Notes under the pieces: generated by a model | Told to the model about the DNA's origin: nothing | The model's input: the letters and a program-made list of their open reading frames with translations, nothing else | Database searches by the model: none | Shown here: positions 60,265 through 64,000 of the stretch, piece after piece | How positions within the stretch are numbered: position 1 is the first letter of the stretch | How the letters are laid out: every line of letters begins with the position of its first letter | Source: an uncultured Candidatus Binatia bacterium | GTDB lineage: Bacteria; Desulfobacterota; Binatia; UBA9968; JAJDTQ01 | Length of the DNA: 64,000 nt | Assembly (NCBI GenBank): GCA_964291295.2 | Contig: OZ219754.1 | Location: 1,856,001 to 1,920,000, forward strand | Reading direction: 5' to 3' | Made by a program: the position numbers and the translations under genes

Positions 60265-61281
60265 ATGAAGCGGTCCAGGAACAAGTGGGCGGCGTGGCTT
60301 GCGGGCGGTATCGCAATTTTGGCGTCCGCCGTTGCCGGTGCGGCGGACATGACAGGCATCAGCGTGGGCAGGACAACCTCGGCGAGCGGATTCCACATCC
60401 CCTCGTACATTGCCATGGAACAGGGCATCTTCAAGAAGTACGGGTTGGACGCCAAGTACCGCAGCATGAGCGGCAAGGCCCTGCTCAACGCCGGCATCGC
60501 CAGGCAGATCGACTTCGTGCCGATACCCGGCGGCGGCTCCCAGGCGGCACTCAAGGGCGCCCCCATCACCTATCTGGTGGGGCAGTCGCTGATCTCCCAA
60601 TGGACCATCACCGCCCACGAGAGCATCAAGACGGTGAAGGACCTCAAGGGCAAGACCCTCGGCCTGGGACGGCCCGGCAGCGCCGACTATGACGAGGCCG
60701 ACATCGTGCTTTCCCGGCACTTCGGGATGGAGCCCGGACGCGACTACAAGGTGATCAGCTTCCGGGGCGAGGCCGAAAGGATCGCCGCCATGATCAACGG
60801 CGACATCGACGCCGGCCTGCTCACGTTTCCCCACGCCGCCAAGGCAAAGCTCGCCGGTTTCAATGTCATCCTGAAGACCGGCAAGTATCTGCCCCGTATC
60901 GGCGGCACCTTCTGGGTCCACAACGATTACCTCAAGGCCCATCGGGAGACGTCCAAGAGGTTCATCCTTGCCATCGCCGACGCCACCGAATACATGAGGA
61001 CCCACAAGGAAGGGTCCGTCGACGTGATCCAGAAATACTTCGCCATGAAGGATCGCCGGGAAGCCGAAGGCGTCTGGGTGGAAGTGTTCGACCAGTACGG
61101 CCCGGACCTGCCGGAAGCCCTGGTCCGAAGCCTGTTCGAGTCCCGCGTCAAGCGCATGGTCTCGAAGAACCTCTGGCCCAAGGACAAGCCCCTGCCGGAT
61201 GTCGAGCAGTTCGTCGCCAGAGAGCTGCTGACCGAGACCCTGCGGGAGCGGGGCTACTATCTGCAGCCGAAGCCGCTGTAG
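60265..61281 (+). CDS. ABC substrate-binding protein, NMT1/SsuA-like
   Basis: AAGGAG RBS, signal peptide, GIFKKYGLD, DLKGKTLG. Confidence 0.85.
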   Translation: MKRSRNKWAAWLAGGIAILASAVAGAADMTGISVGRTTSASGFHIPSYIAMEQGIFKKYGLDAKYRSMSGKALLNAGIARQIDFVPIPGGGSQAALKGAPITYLVGQSLISQWTITAHESIKTVKDLKGKTLGLGRPGSADYDEADIVLSRHFGMEPGRDYKVISFRGEAERIAAMINGDIDAGLLTFPHAAKAKLAGFNVILKTGKYLPRIGGTFWVHNDYLKAHRETSKRFILAIADATEYMRTHKEGSVDVIQKYFAMKDRREAEGVWVEVFDQYGPDLPEALVRSLFESRVKRMVSKNLWPKDKPLPDVEQFVARELLTETLRERGYYLQPKPL

Positions 61282-61338
61282 ACAGGCGCGCCGATACCAA
61301 CCAGCCCCGATATCAGGCTCGATATCAGGCTCGATACG

Positions 61339-61370
61339 CCGGACGGGGGACACCGGCGTCCCCCGTCCGG
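61339..61370. terminator. 13-bp GC hairpin between convergent genes (probable terminator)
   Basis: ccggacgggggac-accggc-gtcccccgtccgg; no clear U-tract. Confidence 0.6.
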
Positions 61371-61393
61371 ACCTCGACCTTTCCGCAAGGCTG

Positions 61394-62194
61394 CTAGAAA
61401 GTCTTCACCTGCTCCGGCCGCCACCGGCTGAGCCGGTCCTCAAGTTTCTTGACCGCCAGGGTCATCACCAGGGAGATGGCCATGAACAGGATGAGGCCGG
61501 CGAAGACGACGTCCACGACATAGTTGCCGGCGGCCGCGGCCATGAGGTAGCCGATGCCCTGGTCGGAGCCGAAGAACTCTCCCACCACCACGCCCAGGAT
61601 GGCGCGGCCGATGGCGAGCCGCAGGCCGGCAATGATGTAGGGCAGCGAGTTGGGCAGCACCACGATCTTCATGATCTGCCATTCGCCGGCGCCGAAGGAG
61701 CGCACCACGTTGACGAGCACGCGGTCCACGTTCTTGACGCCCTCGTAGGTGTTGATGAGGAGCGGGAACATCGCGCCGATGAAGACGATCACGACCGTGG
61801 CCCAGATCCCGAAGCCGAACCAGAGCACCACCAGCGGCAGGAACACCAGGCGGGGGGTGGCGTTGAAGGCGGTGACGAAGGGGTCGAACATGGCGTTGAG
61901 CGTGTGGAAACGCCCCATGACCAGCCCCACGGGCAGCGCCACGAGGATGGACAGCGTCAGGCCGATGACGAACTCGCTGGCGCTGACGTAGAAGTGGAAC
62001 GCCGCCTCCCCCGAGGTGGCCATCTCCACCAGCTTGACGGCGATGTGGTATGGCGTCGTGAAGAAGAGCGCCAGCCCCTTGGGCAGCGTGACCAGCCGGG
62101 GCAGGATCTCCCAGGCCGCCAGGAACAGCACGATGAAGCCCCATCCCAGGATGGGCCCCTCATGCTCGCGGTACCGTGACAGGCAGCGGTTCAT
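61394..62194 (-). CDS. ABC permease (SsuC/TauC-like)
   Basis: NATPRLVFLP, EAA-like loop RSFGAGEWQ, LPNSLPYI. Confidence 0.9.
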   Translation of the reverse strand: MNRCLSRYREHEGPILGWGFIVLFLAAWEILPRLVTLPKGLALFFTTPYHIAVKLVEMATSGEAAFHFYVSASEFVIGLTLSILVALPVGLVMGRFHTLNAMFDPFVTAFNATPRLVFLPLVVLWFGFGIWATVVIVFIGAMFPLLINTYEGVKNVDRVLVNVVRSFGAGEWQIMKIVVLPNSLPYIIAGLRLAIGRAILGVVVGEFFGSDQGIGYLMAAAAGNYVVDVVFAGLILFMAISLVMTLAVKKLEDRLSRWRPEQVKTF

Positions 62195-62967
62195 CGCGTG
62201 CGCCAGGGTGCGATGGCGAGTTCGGCCTTGCGCAGACCCTGGGTGAAGATCACGGCGATGACCATCAGCACCAGGATGCAGACGAACATCTGTGCCAATT
62301 GGTACATGTCGCCGTACCAGATCAGCGCGTGGCCGATGCCTTCGGAGGCGGCGTAGAACTCGCCGACAATGATGCCGACGATGCCCCGGCCGATGGCGAT
62401 CCGCGCTCCGGCCACGAGGTAGGGCAGGGTGCTCGGCAGGATGACCTTGAGGTAGAGGTCGCGCTCCCGTCCTCCCAGGGATCTGACGACGTTGACGAGC
62501 AGCGTGTCCACCGACCGGACGCCGGCGAAGGCGTTGAAGATGAACGGGAACACCGCGAGGAGAAAGATCAGGATGGTCTTGCCCTGGACGCCCACGCCGA
62601 ACATGACGATGAGAAGCGGGGCGAGGGCCACCAGCGGGCTGGCGTACAGGGCGGTGAGGAACGGGTCCAGGGCGAACGCCACCCGCCGCCGCCAGCCCAT
62701 CACCACCCCCAGCGGGATGCCCGCCGCCACCGCGGCCGCGAAGCCGAGGACGAAGGGCGTGCCGCTGACGTAAAGATCCTTCCAGAGTTCGCCGCTGAGG
62801 ATCAGGCCCCCGGCGGCCTCCCACATCAGGGATGGCTTGGTGATGAAGAACGGATTGAACGTGAAGGCGTAGGTCAGCAGGAACTCCCAGACCAGGAAGA
62901 AGCCCGCCACGGCGCCGAGTCCGAGCAGGAACCGCACACTGCGTTCCGACAGTCCCTTGAATCCCAT
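62191..62967 (-). CDS. ABC permease (SsuC/TauC-like)
   Basis: YASPLVALAP, RSLGG, LPSTLPY. Confidence 0.9.
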   Translation of the reverse strand: MGFKGLSERSVRFLLGLGAVAGFFLVWEFLLTYAFTFNPFFITKPSLMWEAAGGLILSGELWKDLYVSGTPFVLGFAAAVAAGIPLGVVMGWRRRVAFALDPFLTALYASPLVALAPLLIVMFGVGVQGKTILIFLLAVFPFIFNAFAGVRSVDTLLVNVVRSLGGRERDLYLKVILPSTLPYLVAGARIAIGRGIVGIIVGEFYAASEGIGHALIWYGDMYQLAQMFVCILVLMVIAVIFTQGLRKAELAIAPWRTR

Positions 62968-62968
62968 G

Positions 62969-63745
62969 TCATTCCCTGGTGTTCAGCTCGTCCTTGAGGG
63001 AGTTCCAGATGTCGAGCTTGATGTCGTTGAACTCCGGCGACAGCCGCATTTCGTAGCCCCGGGGCCTGGGCAGGTTGATCTTGATGATTCGCTTGGTCTT
63101 TCCCGGCCTCGCGGTCATCACGATCACGCGGTCCGACAGGTAGGCCGCCTCCTCGATGCTGTGGGTGACGAACAGTACGGTCTTCTTGTGCTTGTCCCAG
63201 ATCTGCAGCAGTTCGGCCTGCATGAGGTCCCGCGTCTGCGCGTCCAGTGCCGCGAAGGGTTCGTCCATGAGCAGCACTTCGGGGTCCGTGGCCAGCGCCC
63301 GGGCCAGCCCCACCCGCTGCTTCATGCCGCCCGACAGTTCGTGCGGATAGTGCCCCTCGAAACCGGTGAGCCCCACCAGATTGATGAGGTCCCTGGCCCT
63401 CGGACGCCGCGAGGAGACCGACTCCCCCTTGAGTTCGGGTCCCAGTTCCACATTGCCGAGCACCGTCCGCCAGGGCAGCAGCCCGAACTCCTGGAAGACC
63501 ATGGCGCGCTCGACTCCGGGGCCGGTGATTTTCCTGCCGCCGATCTCCAGTTCGCCCCGGTCCGGTTTGAGCAATCCCAGCAGCACGTTCAGAAAAGTGC
63601 TCTTGCCGCAGCCCGACGGTCCCACGATGGAGACGAATTCGCCGCTGTCCAGTTCGATGCGGAAGTCCTTGAGGGCAGTGACCGCTTCCCGGTTCCTGGG
63701 CGTGAATGTCAACGTGATGTCCGTCGATCGGATATAGGGTTCCAT
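62969..63745 (-). CDS. ABC ATP-binding protein (SsuB/TauB-like)
   Basis: GPSGCGKST, LSGGMKQR, LMDEPF, VTHSIEEA. Confidence 0.93.
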   Translation of the reverse strand: MEPYIRSTDITLTFTPRNREAVTALKDFRIELDSGEFVSIVGPSGCGKSTFLNVLLGLLKPDRGELEIGGRKITGPGVERAMVFQEFGLLPWRTVLGNVELGPELKGESVSSRRPRARDLINLVGLTGFEGHYPHELSGGMKQRVGLARALATDPEVLLMDEPFAALDAQTRDLMQAELLQIWDKHKKTVLFVTHSIEEAAYLSDRVIVMTARPGKTKRIIKINLPRPRGYEMRLSPEFNDIKLDIWNSLKDELNTRE

Positions 63746-64000
63746 CGGCCGCAAAACTACTATAGTGATCCCGGGGTGACAAGCAGCGACTCCACGCGAA
63801 ACAGGCCGGTACGTTCAGGCTGGCGGCCCGGGGCCAAACCCCCATTTCAGGCTCACTGTGCGTTGGACAAGACTGCCGGTGGACAACAGGGGTGCCGTTT
63901 GTCATCATGCGGCGGATGGCTTGTACGGGGAGCCGCACGGCCGTGCGGGAGCGGCCGGGTATCCCCGGCGAGGGTTGCGGCCGGCGGACGTGCATTGCAT

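Overview
High-GC bacterial chromosomal window with about 55 CDS and one tRNA-Ala(GGC). It carries core genes (glnA, amtB, recN, NAD kinase, hemH, plsC-rnj-ftsK-lolA, dksA, proC, xth) and many solute transporters (TctABC, TAXI-TRAP, NMT1/SsuA-type ABC). It also carries many catabolic enzymes of unknown substrate. The gene content suggests a Deltaproteobacteria-like (possibly Binatia-type) heterotroph, but this is inference only. An accessory patch at about 4.7-9.7 kb holds a repeat-stalk metzincin lipoprotein, a frameshifted GmrSD-type nuclease and a degraded tandem tyrosine-integrase element, next to an ATP-grasp/alpha-E/transglutaminase triad that follows the tRNA. The most striking feature is a stand-alone GrdE/GrdB-like pair at 42.0-44.6 kb, which the ORF track splits. 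GrdB has an in-frame UGA plus a SECIS-like hairpin, but the canonical UxxCxxC motif has become UxxSxxS. GrdE lacks the cysteines at the pyruvoyl-forming site, and no grdA/C/D or thioredoxin reductase is nearby. This may be a selenoenzyme with new chemistry. Other items are an unannotated 48-aa membrane protein, a frameshifted HNH-membrane protein, a probable stop-loss that creates a 1124-aa read-through ORF, and recurrent short tandem duplications. All family assignments come from recalled motifs; no searches were run.
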